NCBI GenBank assembly: GCA_951406725.2
Contig: OX597816.1
Span: 162,626,001-162,690,000, forward strand
Direction of reading: 5' to 3'
Source of the DNA: Octopus vulgaris
Taxonomy: Eukaryota
Length of the DNA: 64,000 nt
Below, piece by piece: positions 27,971 to 40,848 of the stretch. Numbering within the stretch: position 1 is the first letter of the stretch; the number at the start of each line of letters is the position of its first letter. The notes under the pieces are model-generated. The model was not told where the DNA came from, did not search any database, and saw nothing but the letters and a program-made list of their open reading frames with translations. A program made the position numbers and the translations under genes.

Positions 27971-28209
27971 GTATGGCTATTAAAATCTAGCATAATGTTT
28001 TATGTCTTATATAATTCTCTGATAATAAATGGTTTTAAATTTGGTGCAGCTATTTACTGGAAAGTTCCACCAATATTTCTTGTTAAAAGTGAGCACATTT
28101 TCTAGATTTAATTGAGTTTGACACACTTTTTCCAAAGATGTAGTATTATTTTCTGATTTACGTTACGGATACTCATAAAATCTTTCCTTTGGTTACGGAA
28201 AAAGAAAAC
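27971..28209 (+). repeat. About 250-bp direct repeat, copy 2
   Basis: Near-identical to 26358-26609. Confidence 0.9.
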
Positions 28210-28766
28210 GGTGGCGCTTATGTTAGAAGCTAACTGACAGATAGTATCAGTAAGTGTTTAAGACGTTTAGGCGCCGCGCATTTGGCGCTGAATTATTTGA
28301 CACCAGACAGTTAAATATTTCTGTTGTTCTCTCCCCAACTCTCTCTCCTCCCCCTCTCTCTCCTGCCCCCTCTCTCTCTTTGTGCATCTCTATGCTTGCG
28401 TATATATTTCTCTACGTGTGTATAAAGAGAGGGAGAGAGTTTGTGTCAATCACGTTTAATTGATAAATTGCAATGTCTCTCTCCCTCTTCTTCCCTCTCC
28501 TTCTGCTTCTCTCCTTTCCACCTCTCCTTCTTGCTCAGAAAGAACGTTGACCTGCCTGCCTAGCCGATGGGATCATATAATTTGAATGCTACAACAATGC
28601 GAGGAAGCGTAATGTGACAAGCGGTGCATAACTACATCCGATAGTCTGGTCGATTGACACACACACATTAAGTAAAATATCCTAACATAGTTAGAGTATC
28701 CGCATATATACATGTATACATACTTACATTCACACACACACACACACACACACATATTATATATAC

Positions 28767-28835
<69 letters not shown>

Positions 28836-28910
28836 AAATGTATAAATGAATTATCTTGTTAAGGATTGTTCAAAATTTAACCGATCCCGGGTAGCAAAAA
28901 TCACAACAGA

Positions 28911-28992
28911 TTTTCCTGAAGAGAATGCTGCAAATGGTCTCCTTATTCAATCCGAATTTGGAAATTTGCGGCCTTTGAAACATGTGTAGAAG
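28911..28992 (+). ncRNA. Type I hammerhead ribozyme in a PLE-like terminus (weak stem I)
   Basis: CTGAAGA 28916-28922; helix II GAATGCTGCAAAT/ATTTGCGGCCTTT; GAAA 28977-28980; CATGTG-TA; stem I imperfect. Confidence 0.65.
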
Positions 28993-29047
28993 ATAATAAA
29001 AGGAATTATGTAGAATCTTCGTTCAGCTCCATTTCTTCCCTTCACTA

Positions 29048-29109
<62 letters not shown>

Positions 29110-29209
29110 TTACACCGTTTATTCCTTTGGAATAACACCAATGTTGTCTTCGAAACATATGTCGAAAGTAAAAGAATTTGAATAACGTCTGCGTTCAACT
29201 CCATTTATT

Positions 29210-29269
<60 letters not shown>

Positions 29270-29711
29270 ATGCATTAATTTTGTCACTTTCATTTATATA
29301 CGCAGACTGGATTTATTTAAAGTTTCTTGTTTGTTTTGAGAGATAGACGGAGACTCTGTTGACGATAATACGATTTCGATGGAATCAACTATTGGAAGTT
29401 AGAATCTTTCAGATTTTCATATCCACCATTTGCGATTCCGTCTCCAGTACAATAACGTATTTCGTATGTTATTGCTATTACTAATCCTGCACAGATATTG
29501 CACCGAATTAACCTTATATTAGACGAAATAACTTGTTATATCTTTCTGAAACTTTTATCGTATTCTTTGGATTATCTTACTTTGTAGATTATCTCTCCTA
29601 GCAGTATGGATTATTGTCTATTCTTAGCTGTATACAATATATGTGTATCCTGAAACATACATTGCTTATATAACCACATGCGTACTTATATAGATACATA
29701 TACGTAAACAT

Positions 29712-30095
29712 AGGTGAACGCGTGGCTGTGTGATAAGACGTTTGTTTTCCAGCCACAAGGTTCCGGGTTCAGCCCCATTATGCGGCACCTTCATGCCAAC
29801 CAAAGCCTTGTGAGCGGATTTAGACGGAAACTGGAAGACATCCGTCGTATGTATGCATAACCCGCTTCGACTAAATAATTATTTCTACTCTAAGTACAAG
29901 GACTTGAACATTTTGGGGGAAGAGGACTAGTTGATTATATCGACCCCAGTGCGTAACTAGTACATATTTGATCGACCCCGAAAGGATGAAAGACAAAGTT
30001 GACCTCGGCGGAATTTGAACTCAGAACGTATCGGCAGACGAAATACCGCTGAGCATTTCGCCCGACCTGCTAACGATTCTACCAGTTAGCTACCT
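29712..30095. mobile_element. SINE A 5' half (+, 29712-29850) followed by SINE B monomer with tail2 (-, 29882-30095)
   Basis: Similarity to other copies in the window. Confidence 0.8.
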
Positions 30096-30338
30096 TTCAC
30101 GTTGACTAAACATTAACAGACTCAAGGTATCTTCCCACAAAACTACCCATGTGACCACATATAGTAGCAGTGATACCCCTTCCCACTCTACAAGTGCCGC
30201 GTTATAACACCACACACCAATCAAGGGTTTTATATCGGCGGCACTATTGATTTATATAAATAAGCGTACATACACACACATACATATATAAATATATATA
30301 TGTATACATTATATACATATATATATATATATATATAT

Positions 30339-30538
30339 GTAGGTCCCGGGTTGAGTCGGGGTTAACCACAGTAAATAAGGAACTCAATACATAGCAGAGT
30401 AAATTAATTTATTTTATAGAAGGAGCTTCTACAGGACTAGAACTGTTTCATTCAAATGAAATCATCAGGAAGCTTCCTGATGATTTCATTTGAATGAAAC
30501 AGTTCTAGTCCTGTAGAAGCTCCTTCTATAAAATAAAT
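30339..30538. mobile_element. PLE-like terminus with perfect 132-bp palindrome
   Basis: 30407-30538 is a perfect palindrome centred on AAGCTT; contains CTGATGA-TTTCATTTGAAT-GAAAC hammerhead-like core; same family as 45220-45354. Confidence 0.8.
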
Positions 30539-31070
30539 GTATATATATATATATATATATGTATGTATATGTATGTATACATACATGTGTGCGTATATAT
30601 AGTATATATATAATATGTGCATGTGTGTTTGAGTTGCCTCACCTTATTTGGAGTTGATTTCCATTGCCATCAGGTGATTGTTTCACCTTTTCCTGAAGCA
30701 AAGATAGATTAAATAAATAACGAATTTATCTTATATAGCAATTAATTCATTTTTATTCGTTTTTGTTCTTTAAATTCACGTCAATGGCCACCCTGAGTTA
30801 GTTATCTTAGTTACTTTCTTGGTTCATATATGCAAATTAAACTTTGCCATCTTTCTTACTCATTTTGCAGTTCTAAGATCTTTGGTGGAAATTTACGTGT
30901 CTACATATTTTCTCTTGTCTTCGGACAGTGAGAATGTAGTTATATGTGTGTGTGTGTGTGTATTTATGTATATAGTAAATCTCCCAAAAGAAGAACAAAC
31001 AAATTCAACAACACGAGGATGCGGTACATGTAATGTATTAGCAGACGTTCAGGAAAGGAAATAAAGATGG

Positions 31071-31104
31071 TTTAACGTTTCGAGCAGATGCACTTCTTCG
31101 GAAA
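31071..31104 (-). ncRNA. Minimal hammerhead variant in a PLE-like terminus
   Basis: Reverse complement: TTT-CCGAAGA-A-GTGC-ATCT-GCTC-GAAA-CG-TT-AAA; non-canonical U4C core. Confidence 0.45.
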
Positions 31105-31305
31105 CAGAGAAAAATCCAATAGACGGGGGAAGAAAAGTCCAAAAGACGGGGGAAGAAAATCGCCAACGATTCACATGTGGTTATATTTTAATATATATAT
31201 ATACATATATACATATACATATATATATATATATGCATATATACATACATACATACATACATGCATACATGAATGCATACATGCATGCATACATACATAC
31301 ATACA

Positions 31306-31336
<31 letters not shown>

Positions 31337-32188
31337 GAGATTGACTGGACTCTCAGAATGAAGCCTGTTGTCTTTGTGTTTAACTCGTAATGTCAAAGAC
31401 AGTCCATCCATGAACGTTACGTCTGTCTTTCAAGCATTGCATATATAACTACGATATCCATATTACGTTTCATTTTGAAAAAAAAAAATTAAAAATATAA
31501 TTTCAGGAAGATTTGGCAACTATTTCTTGAAGAACAATTACCCTCGTAGAAAGCCACATCGTTGGCTGCAAAATTATGAAGAAAAAAAGAAAGACAGAAC
31601 AATCTGTGATAGTCACGTTGGTGGAGTGTTGTTGGTAGTCATGTGGGGCAAATGATATTACATCAGAAACAAACAGTAGAGAGGATAAGGAAAAATAATT
31701 ATCTTTGCTATGTGTCATATTTCATGAAAGAAGTCTTATGCAAATAGGTTTTAAATTACTTCGAAATTCCCTTTCTGTTTATTGGTTCTTCTGTTTTTTA
31801 TAATCACATTTCAACTATTTACGTTGTGTGATAGATGTGTAGCAACTACTTGTTTATTCCTTGCAGGAGTGATCACTTGAAAATTCCCAATATATTATTG
31901 AACATGTCGTCACTTTGAAAGAAGCATATCTCTCAACAACGTCGACGAGAAACGGAAACTTTAAATACTTCAACCTACCATCGAATATTTAACAAGTTCA
32001 TCAATCTCTCTCAGAAATATACATACATGCATACATACATACATATATGTGTGTGCGCGTGTGTTAGTTTGTATACATATATGTGTGTGTGCGTGTGTTT
32101 ATGTGGGATTATGTGTTCATACGCATACACATTCAGACAGGTAGGTAGATTGAAGTGTGTAGGATATATCTATATCTCTATCTACCTG

Positions 32189-32249
<61 letters not shown>

Positions 32250-33176
32250 TATTTATTTATATGCATATATATATACTTATATATATACGTATATATGTAT
32301 ATATATATATACATACATTTACATATATGGTACGTAAATGTAATGCATATATATATATGCATATATATATATATGTGTGTATATATGTATATACATGCAT
32401 GCATAAACACAACACTCACACACACATACACCGATACACACACGTATACACAGACACATATAGACACATATATACAAGTACATATATAAACAAATAAATA
32501 GATACAAAAGTTTATGTATACATATATACATACATACATATATATATACATACATATATGAATATATAAGTTTGTATGCATACACACACGTATATGTTCA
32601 CAAATATATATACATATATATACGTGTGTGTGTGTGTTTGTGCGTGTGTGTATCTCTATGTGTGTCTGTGCGTTCAAAATCTTCAACTGAGTTTGGTAAA
32701 CAAATTCAAAAACATCTTAGTAGTTTACTAATATCCCGTTTTGTTTTTTTATTTCTTTTGGTATCTGATTGCTTTTGATTCCTTTGTCTTAGTTCTTTTT
32801 TTTGCGGCAAATTCTATCTGGTAGATTAGTTTAAAAAAAAAAAAGAAGAAAAAAAAACAAAAAAGAAAACAAGGTAAAATGTGATAAGCGCCGTAATAGA
32901 AAAAAAAAGAAAAAATAAGACGCAACTTCAAACTGATTACCATATCCCGTTTAGATCAATTCCTTGTATTTAAAATTACTAATGTCCTTGAATGTTTCAT
33001 GAAGGTTGTAGAATAATTCCGTTCTATTTCTTTTAAACAGAAATTTTGCTTTGTTTTTTTCTGGCACCAAAATACGCGACTGGTAATGTCGTTCAGCCTC
33101 TGCAATATTCCTTTACGTGTATTCATGGCTATTGATGTACCATATTACTGTGATCCTCTTAATACACAAATATCCG

Positions 33177-33738
33177 TTTCTACTCTAGGCGCAAGGCCCA
33201 AAATTTTTGGGGGAAGGGGTTGGTCGATTAGATCGACCCCAATACACAACTGGTACTTAATTTATCGACCCCGAAAGGACAAAAGGCAAAGTCAACCTCG
33301 GCGGAATTTGAACTTAGAACGTAAAAACAGACGAAATACCTATTTCTTTACTGCCGATAAGGGGCTACCCACAGAGAGGACAAACGAGGACAGACAAACG
33401 GATTAAGTTGATTATATCGACCCCAGTACGTAACTGGTACTTATTTAATCGACCCCGAAAGGATGAAAGGCAAAGTCAACTTCGGCGGAATTTGAACTCA
33501 GAACGTAGCGGCAGACGAAATACCTATTTCTTTACTACCCACAAGGGGCTAAATACAGAGAGGACAAACAATGACAGACAAACGGATTAAGACGATTACA
33601 TCGACCCCAGTGCGTAACTGGTTCTTAATTTATCGACCCCGAAAGGATGAAAGGCAAAGTCGACCTCGGCGGAATTTGAACTCAGAACGTAACGGCAGAC
33701 GAAATACCGCTAAGCATTTCGCCCGGCGTGCTAACATT
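33177..33738 (-). mobile_element. SINE family B trimer (tail1, tail1, tail2)
   Basis: Junctions GAAATACC|TATTTCTTTACT at 33340 and 33524. Confidence 0.9.
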
Positions 33739-33902
33739 TCTGCCAGCTCGCCGCCCTTACTAATGCAGTATATTCTTGTCCGTTCTAGGCACAAGATCCG
33801 AAATTTTTGAGAGAAGGTTAGTCGATTTGATTGAACACAAGTACGCAACTAGTCTTACCAAGACGCTTCCTGATTGTTGTGTTACAAGTATACATTCCAG
33901 TG

Positions 33903-34075
33903 TGAAGCCTCGTGGCCTAGTGGTTCGTATGTTGCAATCAGGATCGCAATATCGCGGCTTCGATTCCAGAAGCGGCTACTAAGTTGTGCTCTTAATCTTG
34001 AGTGAAACACTTCGTTTCACTCCTATTCACCGTAAATGAATAAATCTGCGACGGACTGGCATCCCTTTCAGGGAC
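33903..34075 (+). mobile_element. Degenerate tRNA-derived SINE
   Basis: GTGGCCTAGTGGTT head, TTCGATTCC, CTGCGACGGACTGGCATCCC. Confidence 0.55.
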
Positions 34076-34079
34076 TACC

Positions 34080-34116
<37 letters not shown>

Positions 34117-34152
34117 GAAGAATAATAATAAGAAGAAGAAGAAGAAGAAGAA

Positions 34153-34258
<106 letters not shown>

Positions 34259-34265
34259 GGTGGTG

Positions 34266-34305
<40 letters not shown>

Positions 34306-34311
34306 AGCATT

Positions 34312-34729
34312 GTCAGGTGTTTGACCTTAACCAGTTGCCCATGTCCCTTAGTGGCTGACAATATGTGCGTCTCTGACCACAAGCAGAATTAATGGGGGGG
34401 GCATCATAGCCGTGTGTTGAAAGGAATTTTGGGAGGTTTGGATAATTCCCCTTTGGAAACTTGGGTGGTTCGTTCAACATCCTTAAGCAACCCTAATTCA
34501 TGGACCTTTTGATTGGGATGGGCTACTCGACCTGAAGAAAATTCTAACAGGGTACCATCTACAAGGTCATGCGCTGTTTATCTTGATATGAGATCACCAT
34601 GTCGCGCACATATGGCTGTGATGCATGTGCCTGGTGTACCCTTATCAGACGGGTAGTCATGATGGGTATACTGGGCTTCGTATATTTTACCCCAGTGTCG
34701 CTTTGATGGCATGCACTGCTCTCTCACTC

Positions 34730-34730
<1 letters not shown>
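34312..34730 (+). mobile_element. 3' end of a (TAA)n-tailed retroelement
   Basis: Ends ..GCATGCACTGCTCTCTCACTC(AAT)n; second, shorter copy at 37543-37634. Confidence 0.7.
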
Positions 34731-34786
<56 letters not shown>

Positions 34787-35057
34787 TTCTTATATTAGCC
34801 AAAGAGTCATAGATGAGGGGCATGTCACACGGTCGTAAATTTCCCGGAGATAGGATAATACTTGCTTGGACTTTGATTTGAACCCCGGAACATGTAAAAA
34901 AATGTGTTGGAAGAGATACTGCTTAGAGCGTTTTATCCGACGCTTTAACGATTCTGCAAAGCCACCACATCAACTACTACTACTACTACTACTACAACGA
35001 CTACTACTACTACTACTACAACAACGACTACTACTACTATTACTACTACTGCTACTA

Positions 35058-35088
<31 letters not shown>

Positions 35089-35349
35089 AACTACTAGCAC
35101 CGCCACTACTACCCCCACCGCTACTACTACCACCACCACCACTGCCACTACCACAACTACTACTACTACTACTATTACTAATACCGCTACCACAATTACT
35201 ACTACTACTACTCTTACCACTACCACTACTACCACCACTACTACTACCACCATCACTGCTAGTACTACTAACACTGCTGCTGCCCCTCCTCCTCCTCCAC
35301 CACTACCACCACCACCACCACCTCATCCTCCTACTACTACTACTACTAC

Positions 35350-35404
<55 letters not shown>

Positions 35405-36085
35405 GCCGCTGCTGCTGTTGTCGCACTTGGTGTAAATTTTACCTTATCTAATTAATTATATTGTGTTTATTACATTTTTCCTCAATATCCAATACTAACA
35501 CGGTAGGATAATTGTTTAATGTGTTTTGTGCGACCCATTTCCAAAGCCCCTTTTGTTTTCTTTCCTTTTTTTGTTTTGTTTACGCTATTTTTTTTCTTCT
35601 TTTTATTTCTATATTGCTGTTGTTGTTGTGTTAGTTGTTTTTGCTGTTGTTGTTGCTTCGAATGTTACGCTAAGCTCTAATCTCCGATGGCATTCTATTG
35701 TAACTCGTGCATGTGAGTGAGTGAGTGAGTGAGTTTTGAGTGAGTGATGTACGTGTGTGTTTGTATATATCTTTCTAAACTGATGCAGACGCCTTATATA
35801 TTTCCGCTTCCGGGTAACCTGACCTGTAGGAAGAACTACAAAAGAAACGCCAAAGGTTAATGCATCTTGGGATAGCATGGCATTTCGTCGAACAATACAA
35901 CTAACACATCAAATGGAAACCTTTACGCCTGGCGCTGTATTAGAGAAAATGCAAAGCTTTTAATAGGAATACGCTGTGGAGTTTTTCATAAGCATGCCGT
36001 TAATAATAATGACAGCAACGAGAACATCGTACAACCAACAGCAGTGGTGGTGGTAGTAGCAGTGGAAGCAGCAACAGCAGTTGCA

Positions 36086-36670
36086 GTAGTAGTAGTGGTT
36101 GTGGTGGTTTTGGTGGTTGTGGTGGTTGTGGTGGTTGTGGTGGTAATAGTGGTAGAAGTAGTAGTAGTAGTGGTTGTGGTGGTTTTGGTGGTCGTGGTGG
36201 TCGTGGTGGTTGTGGTGGTAATAGTGGTAGAAGTAGTAGTAGTAGTGGTTGTGGTGGTTTTGGTGGTCGTGGTGGTTGTGGTGGTTGTGGTGGTAATAGT
36301 GGTAGAAGTAGTAGTAGTAGTGGTTGTGGTGGTTTTGGTGGTCGTGGTGGTTGTGGTGGTTGTGGTGGTAATAGTGGTAGAAGTAGTAGTAGTAGTGGTT
36401 GTGGTGGTTTTGGTGGTCGTGGTGGTTGTGGTGGTTGTGGTGGTAATAGTGGTAGAAGTAGTAGTAGTAGTGGTTGTGGTGGTTTTGGTGGTCGTGGTGG
36501 TTGTGGTGGTTGTGGTGGTAATAGTGGTAGAAGTAGTAGTAGTAGTGGTAGTAGCAGTAGGTGTAGTAGTAGTAGTTAGTAGTGGTTGTGGTGGTTGTGG
36601 TGGTTTTGGTGGTCGTGGTGGTTGTGGTGGTTGTGGTGGTAATAGTGGTAGAAGTAGTAGTAGTAGTGGT
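36086..36670. repeat. 75-bp minisatellite (about 7 copies) built from GGT/AGT triplets
   Basis: GTGGTGGTTTTGG recurs at 36101, 36176, 36251, 36326, 36401, 36476. Confidence 0.9.
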
Positions 36671-37449
36671 AGTAGCAGTGGTGGTGGTGGTGGTGGTACT
36701 AGTAATGGTGGTAGAAGTAGTAGCAGTAGTGGAGTTAGTAGTAGTAGCAGTGATGGTGTTAGTAGTAGTGGGGGTGGTAGTAGTAGTAGTAATTGTGGTA
36801 GTGGTAGTAGTAATAGTAGTAGTTGTGTTAGTGGCGGTGGTGGTGGTGGTGGTGGTACTAGTAGTGGTGGTATTAGGAGTAGTTGTAGCAGCAGTCGTAA
36901 AGGCCGTGGTGGTGGTGGTGGTGGTGGTGGTGGTGCTAGTAGTAGTAATAATAGTAGTAGTAGCGTTGGTGTAGTAGCGTTGGTAGTAGCGTTGGTGGGG
37001 GAAGTAGTAATCGTAGTAGTAGTAGTGATGGTGGTGGTAGTAGTAGTGGTGGTGTTATTATTAGTAGTAGTGATGGTGGTGGTGGTGGTGGTGGTGTGGG
37101 GTGGTGGTGGGTGGTGGGTGGTAACTAGTGATGGTTGATGCAGACAACGAAGCCAACAACAACAACAGCATCAACAAACCGCATCAAGAAGACAATGCAG
37201 AACGGTGTCGTTAAAGACAACTACAGCAACAGCTGCAATATAATCTGCATTTCATTGCACTTCGCTGCACTCGTAGCAAAGAGGTGGAAAAGTGTAAGGG
37301 TCAGCAACAACAACAACAAGAGCAACAACAACAAAAATAATAATAAGAAGAATAACAACAAGGATAAAAGCGCACGAGCGGCAATTGTGCGACAGCAGTG
37401 CATCTAACAACCCGTCAAGAACAACAACAAGAATAGGCTACGAATGGGA

Positions 37450-37523
<74 letters not shown>

Positions 37524-37542
37524 TGATAATAATAATAATAAA

Positions 37543-37633
37543 CCTTTATCAGACGGGTAGTCATGATGGGTATATTGGGCTTCGTATATTTTACCCCAGT
37601 GTCACTTTGATGGCATGCACTGCTCTCTCACTC

Positions 37634-37634
<1 letters not shown>
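37543..37634 (+). mobile_element. 5'-truncated copy of the (TAA)n-tailed element inside a (TAA)n tract
   Basis: Near-identical to 34640-34730; (AAT)n on both sides. Confidence 0.8.
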
Positions 37635-37707
<73 letters not shown>

Positions 37708-37782
37708 TAATAATAATAATAATAATAATAATAATTATAATAATAATAATAATGATAATAACAATAACAATAATGATAATGA

Positions 37783-37881
<99 letters not shown>

Positions 37882-37882
37882 A

Positions 37883-40316
37883 ATGTCTCAAGCCCTGTAG
37901 AGAAGGATTAATAATGGAGACAAAGGAATGATCGAAGACATTACTAGTATCATTGAGGAAAACCTGGATATGGAAATAAATGGATTCGGGAAAGTAGATA
38001 GAAATTTGCTCAGGAGATGGACCCTTAAGGGGAATAGAATGCTGAAAGAAATCAAGACAAATAATATAACCGGAACGAATAGATTGATTAAAGCCTGCAT
38101 CATGGATACTGGAAAGAAAATAGGCTTCGAACCAAGCCGTAAATGTGGGGATGAAAAAAAAAGGAGCTTGGGGGAAAAGAAGAATAAAACATTCGATGAA
38201 GGAACTACGAAAACATATCAACATGTTGGAAAGAAAGAAAGAAAAAAGTGAAATGAAGAGGAAGGAGAAATATCAGGAAGTAGAACGTGTATATAAGATA
38301 AAGAAAAAGGAGCTAAATGTGGTCCTTGAAGTACTGAAACAAGGGCTACAGGTTAAAGAAACAAAGATCAAGAGACATGACCAAAGAATTGAAGAATATA
38401 AAATCAACAGATTGTTCGAACAAGACCAGAAAAGGGATTATCAACAGACGAATGGAAAGGTTAGTAGCAGTGAGAGACCGGACGCTGAAGAATATAAAAG
38501 GGTTTAGAATAACATCTGGGATAATGGAAGAAAGCATAACAAAGATGTTAAATGGTTGAAGGAATTAAGGTCGGAAAAATATGAAGTGAAACAGAGAAAC
38601 ATTTGAATAACGACTGAAATGGTAACCGAACTGACGACAAAGATCACAAATCTGGAAACGACCAGGAACTGATGGGGGACAAGGATATTGGCTGAAAAAT
38701 TTCCCAGCACTACACAGAAGAATAACTACGCAAATGGATAAAAGGATCAACAATGGGTGTACATATCCCAAAGTGGCTGACCACAAGTAAAGCAATTCTT
38801 TGCCAAAAGGATCCCAGCAAAAGCAATGCAGTGGATGATTACCAGCCTACCACATGTCTGCCACTGATGTGGAAGCTGATGACAGAAATAATATCTGATT
38901 ATGTGTATAACTTTCTGGAAGTGAATGATAAATTGCCAGTGGAACAAAAAGGGTGCAGAAGGAAAAGTCGGTCGACAAAAGATCAACTCCTGATAGACAG
39001 AATGGTACTGAACGACTGCAAGAAAAGACTTACTAATCTGGGCATGGCGTGAATCGAGTATAAGAAAGCGTATGGCATAGGTCCCCCATTCCTGGATTTT
39101 AGAAAGTCTTGAGCTGGTACAGGTGTCTGATAACATATCAAATTTTATAAGATCAATGAAAAACTGGAATACAGAGTTAACTTCATGTGGAAAATTTTTG
39201 GCGACGGTTAACATTAAGCGAGGTATATTTCAAGAAGATAGCCCATCAACATCCCTGTTTGTGATTTTGTGTGATCCCCCTCACACAGATACTTCGGAAA
39301 GTGACATCGGGGTATACCTTGAAAAATGTAGGAAAATGAAATCATCTGTTATATATGGATGATTTAACGATCTTTGGAAAGACAGAACGTGAAATAAATG
39401 GCCTGGTTTCAACAATGCTGATATTCAGTAAGGATATCGGAATGGAATTTGGAACTAAAAAGTGTGGTATGTTTATAATTCAAAGAAGCAAAGTAGTGTC
39501 GTCTGATGGTGTAGTGCTACTCAACAGCGAGAAAATCATGGATATTGAGACTAATAGATATAAATATCTGGGGATTTGGGAGTACGATAAAATCCAGGTA
39601 AGAGAAATGAAGGAAAGCTTTAGACGAGAATACCTGAGAAGAACCACGTTAATTATAGGAGGTAGACCCAACAGGAAGAAAAAAAAACCCAAACCAGGGT
39701 AATGAACGCATGAGCAGTTTCTTAATGCGATACGGAGCAGGGGCTGTTTGATAAACAAAGAACGAGTTTGAGGAAATGGAGAGGAAAACTAGAAAAGTGA
39801 TGACAATTAACAAGATGCTACAACTCAAAAATGATACTGACGGACTGTATATGCCTAGAAACAGGGGTACAAGAGGTCTCATAGGATGCCAGATCCATGC
39901 TGCCAATGAGAAGAACAGTCTAGGATGGTACATCAAACAGCAGTGTGAATCCTTGCTTGCTGCTGTTAGAATTAACAATATAATACCTACCGAAAATGTG
40001 ATGCACCCACAAACATTTAAGAAACAAGATGAAGAAGAAAGAGTAAACAACTGGAAAATGAAATCACTGCATGGGCAATATCTCAGAGAAATCGAAGGAA
40101 AAGACGAGATCAACACTTGGAGATGGCTAAGAAGACGTGATCTGATATGCAGCGCCCAGGAACAAGCTCTGAGAACTACTAACACCAAATTCCAAATAGA
40201 TAAAAATAGCGAATCACCCCTTTGTAGGATGTGTGGCAGCAGAAACAAAACAATCTCACATATTATGAGTGAGTGTAGCAAGCTGACCGAAAAGCACTAC
40301 AAAAGGAGGCACGATA
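37883..40316 (+). pseudogene. R4/Dong-like non-LTR retrotransposon, decayed RT plus CCHC finger
   Basis: [91 protein letters not shown]; many frameshifts and stops; preceded by (TAA)n(GAT)n. Confidence 0.92.
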
Positions 40317-40394
40317 TACATATGTATATATGTATATATACATATACATATATATATGGAGTTACATATATATATGTATATATATATATGTATA

Positions 40395-40848
40395 TTTTAT
40401 TTGTTTCAGTCATTTGGATGCGACCATGCTGGAGCACCGCCTTTAGTCGACCAAATCGATCCCAGGACTTATTCTTTGTAAGCCTAGTACTTATTTTATC
40501 GTCCTCTATTGCCAAACAGCTAAGTCATGGGGACGTAAACATACCAACATCGGCTTCAAGCGATGGTGGGGTGACAAACACTGACACACAAACACATACA
40601 TAGACAATATATACATACACACACACACACATATATACATACATACATACATACATACATACATACATACATACATACATGCATATACGACAGGCCTCTT
40701 TCAGTTTCCGACTACCAAATTCACTCAAAAGGCTTTGATCGGCCCGAAGCTATAGTAGAAGACACTTGCCCAAGAAGCCACGCAGTGGGACTGAACCCGG
40801 AACCATGTGGTTGGTAAGCAAGCTTCTTACCACACAGCCACTCCTGCG
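40395..40848 (-). mobile_element. SINE family A, full length
   Basis: Reverse complement of the 9513-9922 pattern; further decayed A pieces at about 40890-41250. Confidence 0.9.

Noticed and set aside
34866-37138. Poly-Leu/Pro and poly-Val/Gly/Ser ORFs
   Set aside because: (CTA)n/(CCA)n/(GGT)n triplet repeats with no non-repetitive coding context.
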